A stretch of DNA of 40,431 nt from a virus, in the IMG/VR virus record IMGVR_UViG_3300045988_107224; one strand, written 5' to 3'. The notes below the pieces were generated by a model that was given only the letters and a program-made list of their open reading frames with translations, had not been told where the DNA came from and did not search any database. The translations under genes and the position numbers were made by a program. Shown one piece after another: positions 22,814 to 33,700 of this stretch. Position 1 is the first letter of the stretch; every line of letters starts with the position of its first letter.

Positions 22814-24476
22814 GCGCGGTAAGAAAGCAGCTATTGCAAAAGCGTTAGAGCATCAAAACCGCGTTAAATTCCACGCGCAAACCGCGCTGAACCAAAGCGT
22901 AATTTCAGCCTATCCGTCATTCTTCGCGTTTGTCAAAAACTTGATTCCAGCAGACAAGTACAAAGTGTTCATGGGGCTGTTTCGTTATCCAATTAAAACA
23001 AACGAAATTGTTGATGTTTGCTTTAACAAACTGGCGCGAGTATTTGACGGACGAAACCCGGTATATGACTTCAATATGTTGTATGCTGATGATTTAGACG
23101 ATTGGCTTTGGTATCGAAAAGATGTGCTTAACGAGCCTAAGGTTTGGAGCAATACAGGCTGGGAGTACTTTAAGACGGAGTTTAATTCATTTTTGGTGGT
23201 TGACTTGCCAACCGAGCAGCGCGGAGAGCGCCCCGAGCCTTACTTCTATTGGCTACCGATTGACCGGGTAATTACGTACGGACTTAAAGACGATGGCAGT
23301 GTCGACTTTATTGCATTCTATCAGCAGAGTGACGGGGCTAAAAAAGTCGTATTTATTGACGATGCAAGCTACCGAACCTTTGCCGAAAAAGACGGCAACA
23401 TCGGAGCACTGCTTTCGGAAAATGCTCACGGATTAGGGTTTTGCCCCGTTCGTTTCTTCGTGACTGAGCCAATTTCAATCCGCGAGCCCGACGTAAAGAA
23501 ATCCGTTCTTACGAATGAGTTAAGCAGCCTTGATTGGTATCTATTCTTTCACACTTCGAAAAAGCATCTCGACCTATTCGGAAGCTACCCGATTTTGTCG
23601 GGCTATGAGCGTAACTGCAACTACATAGATGAGCATGACAATACTTGCGACCACGGATTTTTGAAAAACCGAAGCGGAGTATTTTTGCACGATGCAGCAG
23701 GCAACCTCATGGAGTGTCCTAAGTGCGGAAGCAAACGAATTGTTGGAGCAGGCACGTTTGTTGAAATACCTGTTCCAGATGATGAAAACAAGGCAGACTT
23801 GCGTAACCCCGTGCAGATGCTAACAGTTGACCGCAACAGCCTGGACTACAACGTGACGGAAGAAGAGCGTTTAAAAAACGAGATTATTAAGTCGGTTGTA
23901 GGCGGGAGCGAGGAAGTAAGCCCAAAGCAAGCCGTAAACGAGATGCAGATTCAAGCCACCTTTGAAAGCCAATCCGCTATTTTGAAGGAAATTAAAAAAA
24001 CCTTTGAGAGCGCAATGGAGTTCGTCGATAGCACGATTTGCAAACTACGTTATGGAGAAAGCTTTGTTTCAGCGCACGTAAATTTGGGCACAGAATTTTA
24101 TATTTACAGCCCTACGGAGTTGCGAGAGAAATACAAGTCGGCAAAAGAGGCAGGAGCAAGCGAAACAGAGTTAGACGCGCTACAAACGCAGATAATCGAA
24201 ACCGAGTACCGCAACAACCCCAATCAATTACAGCGAATGCAGACTTTAGCAGACTTAGAGCCGTTCAGACATCTGACGCGCGCGGAATGCTTAACGCTGT
24301 TTGATAAGGGTATTATTTCGGCGGACGAGTTAAAATTAAAACTTAACTTCGGCTCGTTGATTAACCGCTTTGAGCGCGAAAATACAAATGTAGTAGAGTT
24401 CGGCACGGCAGTGCCTTACGCTCAAAAAATTAACACGATAACGGAAAAATTAAAAGAATATGCAAGAAGCGTATAA
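22773..24476 (+). CDS. putative portal protein
   Basis: About 567 aa, positioned between terminase and scaffold/capsid. The call rests on size and synteny only. The ATG at 22773 is preferred to the TTG-extended 22689. Confidence 0.55.
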   Translation: MPYDLNEARKAVSERGKKAAIAKALEHQNRVKFHAQTALNQSVISAYPSFFAFVKNLIPADKYKVFMGLFRYPIKTNEIVDVCFNKLARVFDGRNPVYDFNMLYADDLDDWLWYRKDVLNEPKVWSNTGWEYFKTEFNSFLVVDLPTEQRGERPEPYFYWLPIDRVITYGLKDDGSVDFIAFYQQSDGAKKVVFIDDASYRTFAEKDGNIGALLSENAHGLGFCPVRFFVTEPISIREPDVKKSVLTNELSSLDWYLFFHTSKKHLDLFGSYPILSGYERNCNYIDEHDNTCDHGFLKNRSGVFLHDAAGNLMECPKCGSKRIVGAGTFVEIPVPDDENKADLRNPVQMLTVDRNSLDYNVTEEERLKNEIIKSVVGGSEEVSPKQAVNEMQIQATFESQSAILKEIKKTFESAMEFVDSTICKLRYGESFVSAHVNLGTEFYIYSPTELREKYKSAKEAGASETELDALQTQIIETEYRNNPNQLQRMQTLADLEPFRHLTRAECLTLFDKGIISADELKLKLNFGSLINRFERENTNVVEFGTAVPYAQKINTITEKLKEYARSV

Positions 24477-24861
24477 AGTTCCCAAGGGCGAGGAAAAATA
24501 CTATCATTGCTTGATGGAAATTAAGGCATACCGCCTTTCGCAGTACGGAGAGCCCGTGAAGATTTCTAGCCCTTTCATTCAAAAGTTTGAACCGAAGTGG
24601 TTTAAATCAGTCGGGTATCACGAACTCAAACAGCAAGGGTACAGCATTGAAATTCTGCATGACCCATACGAGTATGAGGCAAAAGCAGAAGCGGAAGCCA
24701 AAGCCGAAGCGGAAGCCAAGGCAAAAGCGGAAGCCGATGCAATGATGCAGCAGCTACGCGATGATATTGAGCGCGAAGTTCGTGCAGAGATGGCAGCGGA
24801 AGCAGCCAAAGAACCCGAAGCAAAGCGCGGACGAAAGCCCAAGGAGGAAACTAAAGAGTAA
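24460..24861 (+). CDS. hypothetical head-module protein with an (EAKAEA)n low-complexity region
   Basis: ORF overlapping the portal end. 18 bp imperfect repeats lie at 24688-24741. Confidence 0.6.
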   Translation: MQEAYKVPKGEEKYYHCLMEIKAYRLSQYGEPVKISSPFIQKFEPKWFKSVGYHELKQQGYSIEILHDPYEYEAKAEAEAKAEAEAKAKAEADAMMQQLRDDIEREVRAEMAAEAAKEPEAKRGRKPKEETKE

Positions 24862-24877
24862 CTTTAACATTAAAAAA

Positions 24878-25150
24878 ATGGCACAGATTGCACAGCAGGA
24901 CCACTTGTTTGTGGTTGACGATGTTAACGCGATTGCAGCATTAGGCGCAGCGCAGAAAGCAAAGATTAAGGCGTGCATTGTTGGAGGCACTATATTTGAC
25001 GTAGTACTCAAGACAAAGCAAGCGGAAAACAAATACAATTACAGCCGTATTGTTGCCTATTATGTAGACCAAACCAACAAGAAAAACCCTACTTATACTG
25101 TGAGCGTTGTTAATTCGGAAGACGGCACGGCGGCAACCATCGAACTTTAA
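24878..25150 (+). CDS. hypothetical small head-module protein
   Basis: The ATG at 24878 comes after the upstream stop. The 24761 extension overlaps the previous gene. Confidence 0.6.
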   Translation: MAQIAQQDHLFVVDDVNAIAALGAAQKAKIKACIVGGTIFDVVLKTKQAENKYNYSRIVAYYVDQTNKKNPTYTVSVVNSEDGTAATIEL

Positions 25151-25155
25151 TTTTT

Positions 25156-26091
25156 ATGGCATTAACAAGGGATTTACTAACTGCAAATGCAGTGTTAGCA
25201 GCGTTGACCGAAGAGCAAGTTAACGCTATCGTCAACCTTTCGGCAAATGACGAAAATAGCGTAATCGCTAAGAGGATTGGCGAGATTTACAGCGCGTTAG
25301 ACGCTGATGTTTTTTCGGTTACGGGCATTGCCAAAAATGGCACTGAAAAAACATACGACTACACTAAGAGAGTATTAGGCGAGTACAAACAGCAGATTTC
25401 TGACGCGGAAAGCCTTAACAAGCAAATTGCCACGCTGACAAAAGAAAAAGAAAAATTGGAGAAGCAAGTGGCGAATGGTATTTCAGACGAGGAAACGCAG
25501 AAGCGACTTAAACGAGCCGAAAGTGACCTTACCAACATCACTAAGCAGTATAACGAACTCAACGACAAGTACCAAGCAGCCGAAACGGAGCACGCTAAGG
25601 CGATGTTTGATTACAAGCTCGACAACGAACTGCAAGCAGCGAGCAGTGGCATCAAGTTTAAGGCTGGCTTGCCCGAAGCGGTTACAAAGGTGCTTTTGCA
25701 GCAAGCATACGACAAAGTTAAGGGTTTCGGTGCAGAATACATTGAGGACGGCAAGGGCGGTAAAATGTTGGTGTTTAAGGATGGTGACGGCATTAAACGC
25801 AACCCTTCAAATCAAATGTACCCATACACGGCAGCCGAACTCGTGGCAGAGGAACTCCAACGAATGGACGTGTTGCAGCCCAAGCAGATTACTGGCGGCA
25901 GCGGTTCGAGCGGTGGCTTTGGCGGTGGCGGAAACTCGTTATCATTCAGCGCGAGAACGCAGTGCGAGGCATCGGATATGATTGCAAAATCATTGATGGA
26001 ACGCGGACTTGTGCAAGGCTCGGAGGAATACCAGAAAGAATTTAGTGCAGCGTGGGAGGCTAATAATGTAAAGTCCTTGCCTATTCAGTAA
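25156..26091 (+). CDS. putative scaffolding protein
   Basis: Long coiled-coil (KEKEKLEKQ..., NELNDKYQAAETEHAK) and a G/S-rich linker, directly upstream of the capsid-sized gene. Confidence 0.6.
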   Translation: MALTRDLLTANAVLAALTEEQVNAIVNLSANDENSVIAKRIGEIYSALDADVFSVTGIAKNGTEKTYDYTKRVLGEYKQQISDAESLNKQIATLTKEKEKLEKQVANGISDEETQKRLKRAESDLTNITKQYNELNDKYQAAETEHAKAMFDYKLDNELQAASSGIKFKAGLPEAVTKVLLQQAYDKVKGFGAEYIEDGKGGKMLVFKDGDGIKRNPSNQMYPYTAAELVAEELQRMDVLQPKQITGGSGSSGGFGGGGNSLSFSARTQCEASDMIAKSLMERGLVQGSEEYQKEFSAAWEANNVKSLPIQ

Positions 26092-26112
26092 CCACCTTTA
26101 AAAAAATAGTAT

Positions 26113-27210
26113 ATGAGTTTAGTAGCAACAAGATTGCAGAATTGGAGAGTATCAAACCCCGAACTCGACCGAAACAGCACGCGCCCTTGCGAATATGGCG
26201 CGCTTAACTTCTTCGTGCGCGAAACCAATTCGCCGATTTCGATTATTAGCCAAAACCTTAAAGACAAGGCTTTCGCGTCGATTGGCAACACATTGCAAGT
26301 GCCCGTAATTGACACCGATGGCGAGGTGAACGTAGCAAGCACGCGAACTTGCACCATTGCTGACGATGATAATACGTCGTCGCTGTATACCGTTGTTTGG
26401 CAGACTCTGCAAGTTGGCTTTACGATGGTTCCCGCCTCTTATTCTAACAACGAAATTGGCTACCAACATGACTACAACCGCAAAATGGAAAAGGTTTGCC
26501 GCGCGTTGGCAAACAAACTTGACGAAAAGGCGGTTGCAGCCCTTGAAGCCGCGAAGACGCAAGTGCTTAAAGACAAACTTAACTACAAATTTGCCGCAAA
26601 TGTAGTTAAGGCAAAACGCGAGATGGCTGGCGACCTTTTAGGCGATTTGGGCACGATGATGCGTTCGAACTGCTTTTACCGTCAGATTAACGTGATTGGT
26701 AACGGTGGCATTGATAGCCTTGTGCGCAAGTTGGCACAGCATGGAGTTTACAACGACACCAACAAGCAAAACGAGTACATGGATAAAGTTTTCCACTTTA
26801 CCAACAACGTAACAAACGAAGTAGGCCAAAACGGCACTTTGTTCGCGGTTGAAAGTGGTAACGTCGGTGTGCTCACTCGTGTAGACCGAGAAGCACTTCG
26901 CGGAGCTAAATCCAATGGCCACGAATGGGGTGTAACGCGTTTGCCCTACATTGATTTGCCCGTTGGTTATCACTATTATACAGCAGTAGGTGACCAATCT
27001 TCAACCAATGGCGATGCTACGGCAGACCTCGTTTGCGGTGTAAAAGAGTACTTCGGCTTTTCTATGGACGTCGCGTTTGTCATTGCGCACAACAGCGCGC
27101 CCGCGACTTACGCAAACCCGATTATCAAGGCGCAGATTGCAGCAGCTGCAAAAAATCAGCCCTTTGCAACCCCTGTATTTGTCGTAAACGGAGGCGGTGT
27201 AGGCGCGTAA
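26113..27210 (+). CDS. putative major capsid protein
   Basis: 365 aa, follows the scaffold gene and is followed by a strong terminator (27232-27266). Positional inference only. Confidence 0.6.
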   Translation: MSLVATRLQNWRVSNPELDRNSTRPCEYGALNFFVRETNSPISIISQNLKDKAFASIGNTLQVPVIDTDGEVNVASTRTCTIADDDNTSSLYTVVWQTLQVGFTMVPASYSNNEIGYQHDYNRKMEKVCRALANKLDEKAVAALEAAKTQVLKDKLNYKFAANVVKAKREMAGDLLGDLGTMMRSNCFYRQINVIGNGGIDSLVRKLAQHGVYNDTNKQNEYMDKVFHFTNNVTNEVGQNGTLFAVESGNVGVLTRVDREALRGAKSNGHEWGVTRLPYIDLPVGYHYYTAVGDQSSTNGDATADLVCGVKEYFGFSMDVAFVIAHNSAPATYANPIIKAQIAAAAKNQPFATPVFVVNGGGVGA

Positions 27211-27231
27211 GTTAAATTAACTCGTTAAATT

Positions 27232-27266
27232 GGGGAGTTGGGATAAATTCCCGACCCCCTTTTTTT
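27232..27266 (+). terminator. intrinsic terminator after the putative major capsid gene
   Basis: 11 bp stem with one bulge (27232-27243 pairs with 27249-27259) followed by T7. Confidence 0.65.
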
Positions 27267-27275
27267 GTTATAGAT

Positions 27276-28604
27276 ATGTATCGTATTAAAGACATTCAAA
27301 AAGCCCTCTCTAACGTAGTAGGGTGGCAGCAGAGTTACGACCCGACAAACGCGATTGAAACCGAGTTAACAAAGAGCGAAAGCGGATTAACATTTCAAGC
27401 AGCGCACCCACTTTTGACGCTGAAAAATATCCGCGCAATAATGCCCGATGACTTCGGGTTGCAGTTCGCAGAATGGAACATGGTTACCTATTACTATGTA
27501 GGCGATATCGTAAGGCATGACGGTATTCTTTGGATTTGTAAAAAGCCACATTCAGACCAACAGCCAAGCGCGAGCGACTTTAACGACGACTATTCGCGCG
27601 ACGATTACGGCAACCCGTTTTGGAAGCCTTACAACCCACTTTCGGAGTATTTGCGCACACTTACACGTGACGGCATTACGGAAGCCGTTCAGCGTTTTGC
27701 GCGTGAAAAGCAAATCGAAAAGCAAAGCAAATCGTTACTAGAACGAAAGACTTTTTTCGATGGAGCAGGGCGGTTGGCTAATGTAGTGCAGAATAAAGGC
27801 AACATAGTTGGCTTTGAAATTGTACCTTTGCGCTCGATGGGGGTAACCGTCAAAATAGAGCGCGTAGGCTTGCAATTCGCTGGAGCAAAAGGAGCCATTA
27901 AACTCTATTTATACCACTCTTCGCAGTCCGAACCCATCAAAACGTTTGAGTTAGAGTTCGACGGCAAAGACGGCACATTTAAATGGTTTGATTTGTCTGA
28001 TTGTTATTTGCCCTACATTGGCGCAAATACTGATTCGGGCGGCTCTTACTACCTTTGCTACAAGCAAGACGAGTTGCCGTTTGGCGCGGAAGCGATTAAC
28101 GTTTCAAAAGATTGGAGCAGAGAGCCGTGCGGTAGCTGCAACGTTGGCAGCGTGGAGGATTGGCGAGAGCTAACGCGCTACATTCAAATATCGCCTTTCA
28201 AAACGGCAGCAGTTGAGGGCGGTGGTTTGTGGGATATTTCGCAAAACATCTACACTAATACCTCGAACTATGGCTTAAATTGTTGCGTTTCTGTTTGTTG
28301 TGATTTGACTGATTTTATCATTTCGCAGCGCAGCATCTTTGCAGAGGTCATTCAGAAGCAAGTAGCTGTTATGGCATTGCGCACGATGGCACTAAACCCA
28401 GAAGTCCGAGTAAACCGAAACCAAATCAACGCGGAACGCGCTGAACTGCTGTACGAAATTGACGGGAACACAAACGGATATAGGCCAAACGGATTAGGCG
28501 CGGTGTTGGCTAATTGTTATAAAGCTCTCAACATTGACACACAAGGCATCGACCGAATTTGTTTAGCTTGCCAAAATAAGGGAGTAAGGTACAAGAGCGT
28601 ATGA
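27276..28604 (+). CDS. hypothetical virion-module protein (Cys-rich C-terminal half)
   Basis: 442 aa ORF. Confidence 0.75.
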   Translation: MYRIKDIQKALSNVVGWQQSYDPTNAIETELTKSESGLTFQAAHPLLTLKNIRAIMPDDFGLQFAEWNMVTYYYVGDIVRHDGILWICKKPHSDQQPSASDFNDDYSRDDYGNPFWKPYNPLSEYLRTLTRDGITEAVQRFAREKQIEKQSKSLLERKTFFDGAGRLANVVQNKGNIVGFEIVPLRSMGVTVKIERVGLQFAGAKGAIKLYLYHSSQSEPIKTFELEFDGKDGTFKWFDLSDCYLPYIGANTDSGGSYYLCYKQDELPFGAEAINVSKDWSREPCGSCNVGSVEDWRELTRYIQISPFKTAAVEGGGLWDISQNIYTNTSNYGLNCCVSVCCDLTDFIISQRSIFAEVIQKQVAVMALRTMALNPEVRVNRNQINAERAELLYEIDGNTNGYRPNGLGAVLANCYKALNIDTQGIDRICLACQNKGVRYKSV

Positions 28605-29050
28605 CACTAAAAGAGCTAACAGAGCGAGCAGAAAGGCTTAATGCAATGCTTTCTGGCGGCAGTCTGATGCAAACCGCTATCAGCGATTTAGGCAGCGTAA
28701 TTACAAGCCTAAACAAGCAAAATCAGTTGTACGAAAAAGGTATTAACGCGGAGGGTGTATCTATATGGAGTTACAGACCATATAGGCAATACACGATACG
28801 CGAAAAGCAACGCAAGGGACAGCCGCACAACCGCGTGACGTTGAAAGACACGGGAGATTTTTACGGCTCGTTTAACGTGATGGCGGACAGAAGTCAGTTT
28901 GAAGTATTTGCCACAGACCCAAAGACGGCAGATTTACGAGCCAAATACGGCAGCATCTTCGGGTTAACGCAAGAAAATAAGCAAATCCTTATTGACGATT
29001 ATCTCCGCGACAAAATAGCAACATTAGTTAAATCTATAATTTATGGGTAA
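28601..29050 (+). CDS. hypothetical head-tail joining module protein
   Basis: ATGA overlap with the upstream gene. Confidence 0.7.
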   Translation: MTLKELTERAERLNAMLSGGSLMQTAISDLGSVITSLNKQNQLYEKGINAEGVSIWSYRPYRQYTIREKQRKGQPHNRVTLKDTGDFYGSFNVMADRSQFEVFATDPKTADLRAKYGSIFGLTQENKQILIDDYLRDKIATLVKSIIYG

Positions 29051-29624
29051 GATTATCTCAAACAATTCAGCCGAATTACTTGACGGCATCATCTACGATA
29101 TTCAGAAAGGGCTGCAAGCCAACATCGGGTGGCTTGATAGCATTTTCGGCAGGGCTGAGCGTGTTATCAGATTGAGCAACGACGGCACTAACAGAATTTA
29201 TACACCTTGTTTTTACGCGCCCGAAAAAGCCGCAAACGATTATACGGACTTATTCCCCGACAGCAACAACGGAAACTTTTGTTTCTTTTGGGTGGACGAC
29301 CCACAGGAGGTAACATGGCTTTCGCGTATTACGTTCGCGTTGAAAGTCCGTGTTTCGATTATCTTTTGGTTTGACTTCCGAACTATTTACAACGAGCGGA
29401 GCAAGCGCGACAAAGAGAGTATAAAAAAAGAGATTTTAGACACGATTAACTTGCACCTTAACTTACGACAAGGTAGCATCGAAATTGTAAATATCTACGA
29501 GTTGTCCGAAAACATCTATAAGGGCTTTTCGATTGATGAGGTGCAAAACCAATTCTTAACGCACCCCTACGGCGGCTTTAGATTGGAGGGTGTTATATCA
29601 GTTCGCGAAACTTGTAAAAATTAA
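29043..29624 (+). CDS. hypothetical head-tail / tail module protein
   Basis: Overlapping start. 193 aa. Confidence 0.7.
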   Translation: MGKIISNNSAELLDGIIYDIQKGLQANIGWLDSIFGRAERVIRLSNDGTNRIYTPCFYAPEKAANDYTDLFPDSNNGNFCFFWVDDPQEVTWLSRITFALKVRVSIIFWFDFRTIYNERSKRDKESIKKEILDTINLHLNLRQGSIEIVNIYELSENIYKGFSIDEVQNQFLTHPYGGFRLEGVISVRETCKN

Positions 29625-29629
29625 AGACT

Positions 29630-29887
29630 ATGACGTTTTATTTTGTAACGATGGTTTTTGTTGCATTGGCAGCAGCCTTTATTATTCTCACGTTGGCAAA
29701 GTGGGGTGTTATTGAGTATATGCAAGTACACGGAAGTAAGTTGGTTTCGGAGCTATTTTCATGTTACTTATGCCTTTCGTTTTGGACTTGCGTTATTTTG
29801 TGTTGCTTTGTTGCGCTCGTTTCGCGCGATTGGCTTGTGATGTTCATCCCGATTTTTTCAGCTGTTATAACTCGGAAAATGTTATGA
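29630..29887 (+). CDS. small integral membrane protein (about 3 TM segments, CxxC..W motif)
   Basis: FVTMVFVALAAAFIILTL, CYLCLSFWTCVILCCFVALV and LVMFIPIFSAVI are hydrophobic segments. Confidence 0.6.
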   Translation: MTFYFVTMVFVALAAAFIILTLAKWGVIEYMQVHGSKLVSELFSCYLCLSFWTCVILCCFVALVSRDWLVMFIPIFSAVITRKML

Positions 29888-30648
29888 AGAAAATCAAGTT
29901 AGGAGGCAAGGAAGTAGAGATTTACGACAGCATCGAGGAGTTACCTATTACGCGTTTCCACTCTTACAATAAAATGTTGCTCGTTGATGCTGGCATCGGC
30001 TCTGATTTGTCAGATGTTGACAACCATATCAGCCGCGCGGTGGGTTTTATGCAAGATGGCAAGGCAGATATGGCAGAGCGCGAGTTAGATAACCTACGGC
30101 AGTGTATTTACTTCGCGCAGTCGGAGATTTCGCCTCGCTGTATGGCTTTCGCTGCATTAGTTAAAAGAATTGACGGAGTGGAGTATAACGGAGTTTGCAC
30201 GGATTCTTTAAAAGAAGTCGTTGAAAAATTAGGCGGTTCAAAGGTTGGCGAGTTATTCGAAAACCTTTTGACCGTCAAAAAAAAAATAGACGAGGAGCTA
30301 ACGCTGTATTTTCCACACGAGTTTGAGGATGCAAAAAGCAAAGAGTATTTCGACAAACTACGGCAAAAGGCACTCTTAACGCTTGATTCCGTAATAAATG
30401 ATGATGAAGACGACAGCAAACTAAAGGCGATAACGCGCGAAGTACTTACATACTTTAAGCCGCAAGTCTTCGAGGGTACGGAAAGCGTAGAAGTGCAGCA
30501 CGACAAACAATTCGATAAAATGTGCATTGCACTAAGTAAAAGCCTACACATTCAGCCCAAAAAGCTAACCACGTTAGAGTTTTACAATGCGTTCGAATAC
30601 CTCAAAGAACAAATCAAGGCCGAAGAAAAAGCGTTAAAGCGAAAATAA
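29884..30648 (+). CDS. hypothetical protein upstream of the tape measure gene (possible tail assembly chaperone, by position only)
   Basis: ATGA overlap with 29630..29887. Contains an A10 tract at 30277-30286. Confidence 0.7.
   Translation: MKKIKLGGKEVEIYDSIEELPITRFHSYNKMLLVDAGIGSDLSDVDNHISRAVGFMQDGKADMAERELDNLRQCIYFAQSEISPRCMAFAALVKRIDGVEYNGVCTDSLKEVVEKLGGSKVGELFENLLTVKKKIDEELTLYFPHEFEDAKSKEYFDKLRQKALLTLDSVINDDEDDSKLKAITREVLTYFKPQVFEGTESVEVQHDKQFDKMCIALSKSLHIQPKKLTTLEFYNAFEYLKEQIKAEEKALKRK
30277..30286 (+). repeat. A10 homopolymer inside CDS 29884..30648
   Basis: gtc-aaaaaaaaaa-tag, read directly. Encodes KKK. Confidence 0.95.
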
Positions 30649-30741
30649 GGCGATTTAAGCGCGTTTTTGCAGTGATGCTGTACAAATTACCACGCGGATA
30701 AAGAAAGCGGCTTAGAAACGAAATTTAAAGACTTTAATTTT

Positions 30742-33700
30742 ATGGCAGATAACAACCCGATTAAGTATTCGGATTTAATTTCGCCCGATGATAGTATTAC
30801 TAAGCTTATAGCACAGCTAAAAGAGCTACAAGAAACGTATGCAAAAAGTATTGCGAACATCAAAGCGGAAGCCGAGGAGCTTAGAAACAGCCTTAAAGGA
30901 GTATCGGGCGCCACGGAAGAGGGGCGAAGAAAAACCCAACAGGCAGCCACGGAAGCAGACAGACTTGCCAAGGCTCAACGAGATTTGCAGTTTGCGCAAT
31001 CAGAAACGGCAAAGGAACTGCAACGGCTTAATCAAGCCAAAGCCGAAGCTAACAAACTAAACAAACTTACTGTTAGGCTTAATAGTTCAGCGGAGGGCAG
31101 TTACAACGCGTTAGCAGCGCAATACGCGCTTAACAAAGTGCGTATAAACGGCATGACGCAAGAGGAACGCGATGCAGCCGAAGCAACGGAGGGACTAATT
31201 TCAAAAACTCGTGAATTGTACGAGCGTATGAAAGAAATGAACGAGGAAACGGGGCAATATCAACTCAACGTGGGTAACTACGAAAACGCAATAAAAGAAG
31301 CGGTAGGCATTAACGGAGAGTTGGGGGATGGTCTTTTGGCTTTGGGTCGTGGCGGAGACGATGCAAAAAAAGCATTTACCGCAATGGGTGACGGTGCAAA
31401 AGCATTAGGCAAAACGCTTTTAGGACTACTTAACAACCCTGTTTTTTTGGGCATTGCTGGTGTTGCAGCAGTCGGCAGCACATTTAAGTTTTGGTACGAT
31501 TATAACGCTGGATTAGTCGAAGCCACGCGGCTTACAAATCAATTTACAGGCAAATCGGGCGAAGACTTAAAGCAGTACCGCAACAACGTGCAAGCATTAG
31601 CAGATTCGTACGGGGTAGACTTTCAAGAGGTGCTCGTTGCAACAAACGCGCTTGCAAAGCAATTCGGTGTAAGCTTTGAGGACGCGCTCAAACTGATGCA
31701 AGATGGCTTTGTTTCTGGCGCAAATGCAAATGGCGAGTTCCTCGATAGCGTGAAAGAGTACCCGGCATACCTCAAGGAGGCAGGAGTGACCGCAGAGGGA
31801 TTTGTCGCTATTTTGGCGCAGACAAACAAAGCGGGTATTTTCAGCGATAAAGGCATCGATACAATAAAAGAGGGCAATTTGCGCTTGCGCGAAATGACTA
31901 CTGCAACGGCAGCAGCATTGGAGGGTATAGGCATTTCAGCGGAACAAGTTCAAAAGGATTTGCAAAGCGGAAGCAAAACCACCTTTGAAGTAATGCAGGA
32001 AATTTCTGCAAGGCTAAACGAGTTGCCCGACAGCGCAAGCGCGGTCGGTACAGCGATAGCAGATATATTTGGCGGCCCGGGCGAGGATGCAGGCTTGCAA
32101 TATTTGCGCACGCTCAAAGATATTTCTGTCAACATCGACGAAGTAAAGGGCAAGTCGGGCGAGTTGGGTAAACTCCAAGAGGAACAGCTCAAAAGCCAAA
32201 TGGAGTTGCAAAACGCGCTCTCGTCGTTGTTTGATTTGACGGGTGGCTCCTTTGAGGATATGGAAACGAGCGTAAAAGTATTTGTAAATGGTGCTTTGGT
32301 TAGTCTAATTAAGGGTGTTATTAGTCTGATTAACTATTTTGCAGAGCTCTATAACAATTCGCTTTTTTTCCGCGTTCTGTGGGGTAACATGGTGTTTAAC
32401 TTTAAAAACGCGTTAGATGAAATAGGCAATGTCTTTAAATATTTGGTAGATGTTGTAACCTCATTCGGGCATATATTAAAGGGTGCATTTACGCTTGACT
32501 GGGATGAGTTTAAAAGAGGTGTCGCAAGATACGCAAACGCTGCGCCGAATTTGTTTAAAAATATAAAGGCTGATATTTCGCAAAACTTTAAAGAAGGTTT
32601 GACGGCTATAAGTGGGAAAATTAAGCCTATCAAAATCCCGGCAGAGGTAATAAGCGGAAGCAGTCCAAGCGCACCACAGCGAGTAACAGCCACACCGAAA
32701 GCCACGCAAGCGAACGCACCGAAAAGCACGCGAAAGAGCGTAGTTTCAAAGGTTGAAAACGTTGAGGCTGCATACAAGCATAACCTCGAAATTAAGCGAA
32801 AGTACGAAGATGAGTTGTTGAAATTAGAAACAGACTCGTGGAAAGCACGGACGAAAAAGACGGAATACAATTACACGCGACAAATTGAGGATTTGCGCCA
32901 CCAACTGACAACGGAAAAGGGGCTAACAGCTAACGAACGAACGTCAATAAATCAAACAATTTCGGCACTCGAAAAACAGCAAACGGAAGAACTTCTAAAA
33001 ATCGAAAACGAGCGACAAATCTACCTATTGGAAGCAAGGAAAAAGGGAATTGAATTGCAATTACAAGCGGTAGAAGAGGGCAGCGAAGCGGAACGGCAGC
33101 TAAAATTAAAACAGATTGAAACAGACAAGGAACTTGCACTATTACAAAACGTGCAGCAGCCAAGGGAGCAGCAGCAAAGCACGGAAGTCATAGAGCAAGT
33201 GTACGTTAAGCAAGCGCAATCCGTTAACGATGCCTACCTACAACAGCAGCTCGAAACATTTGACAAGGAGCAAGCACTCAAGCAAAGCGAGTTTGATTTA
33301 CTCAAAGCCACGGAGGGCGAAAAGACGCGTTATAGACTTAAAGCCGAACGCGATAGGCTTAAAAAAGTGCTCGAAATCAATAAGCAAGCAAGTAAGCAAC
33401 TTAGCGATGTAGAGGTCCAGACGATGCAAAACAGCATCGAACGGCTTAACAGCGAAATAGAAGCGAGCGAGAAAGACGAACGAACGCAAGATATTTACGG
33501 CTTATTTGGGTTGAAATTGAATGACGAGCAAAAAGAAGCGATTGCTACGTCTATATCGTACGCAGTGGGGGCTTTGAATACATTTATGCAAGCCAAGGTT
33601 GACGCAGCTAACAAAGCTGTAGAAGCATCAAACAAAGAAGTAGAACGCGCACAGACTGCTTTGGATATAGAAAAGACGGCTGCTGCAAATGGGTACGCAG

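Noticed and set aside
25475-25981. Alternative-frame + strand ORFs: 18479..18691, 22114..22419, 24038..24304, 25475..25981, 26357..26605, 27033..27215, 27517..27741, 27988..28173, 29658..29840, 30839..31060 and 33230..33412.
   Set aside because: They are nested inside longer ORFs with recognisable or better coding character. Their R/S/T/C-rich composition is typical of out-of-frame translation.
30277-30648. A canonical G/GT-type programmed -1 frameshift producing an extended chaperone upstream of the tape measure gene.
   Set aside because: At the A10 tract both shifted frames terminate within 0-14 codons. The region between 30648 and 30742 has in-frame stops, so no extended product is possible there.
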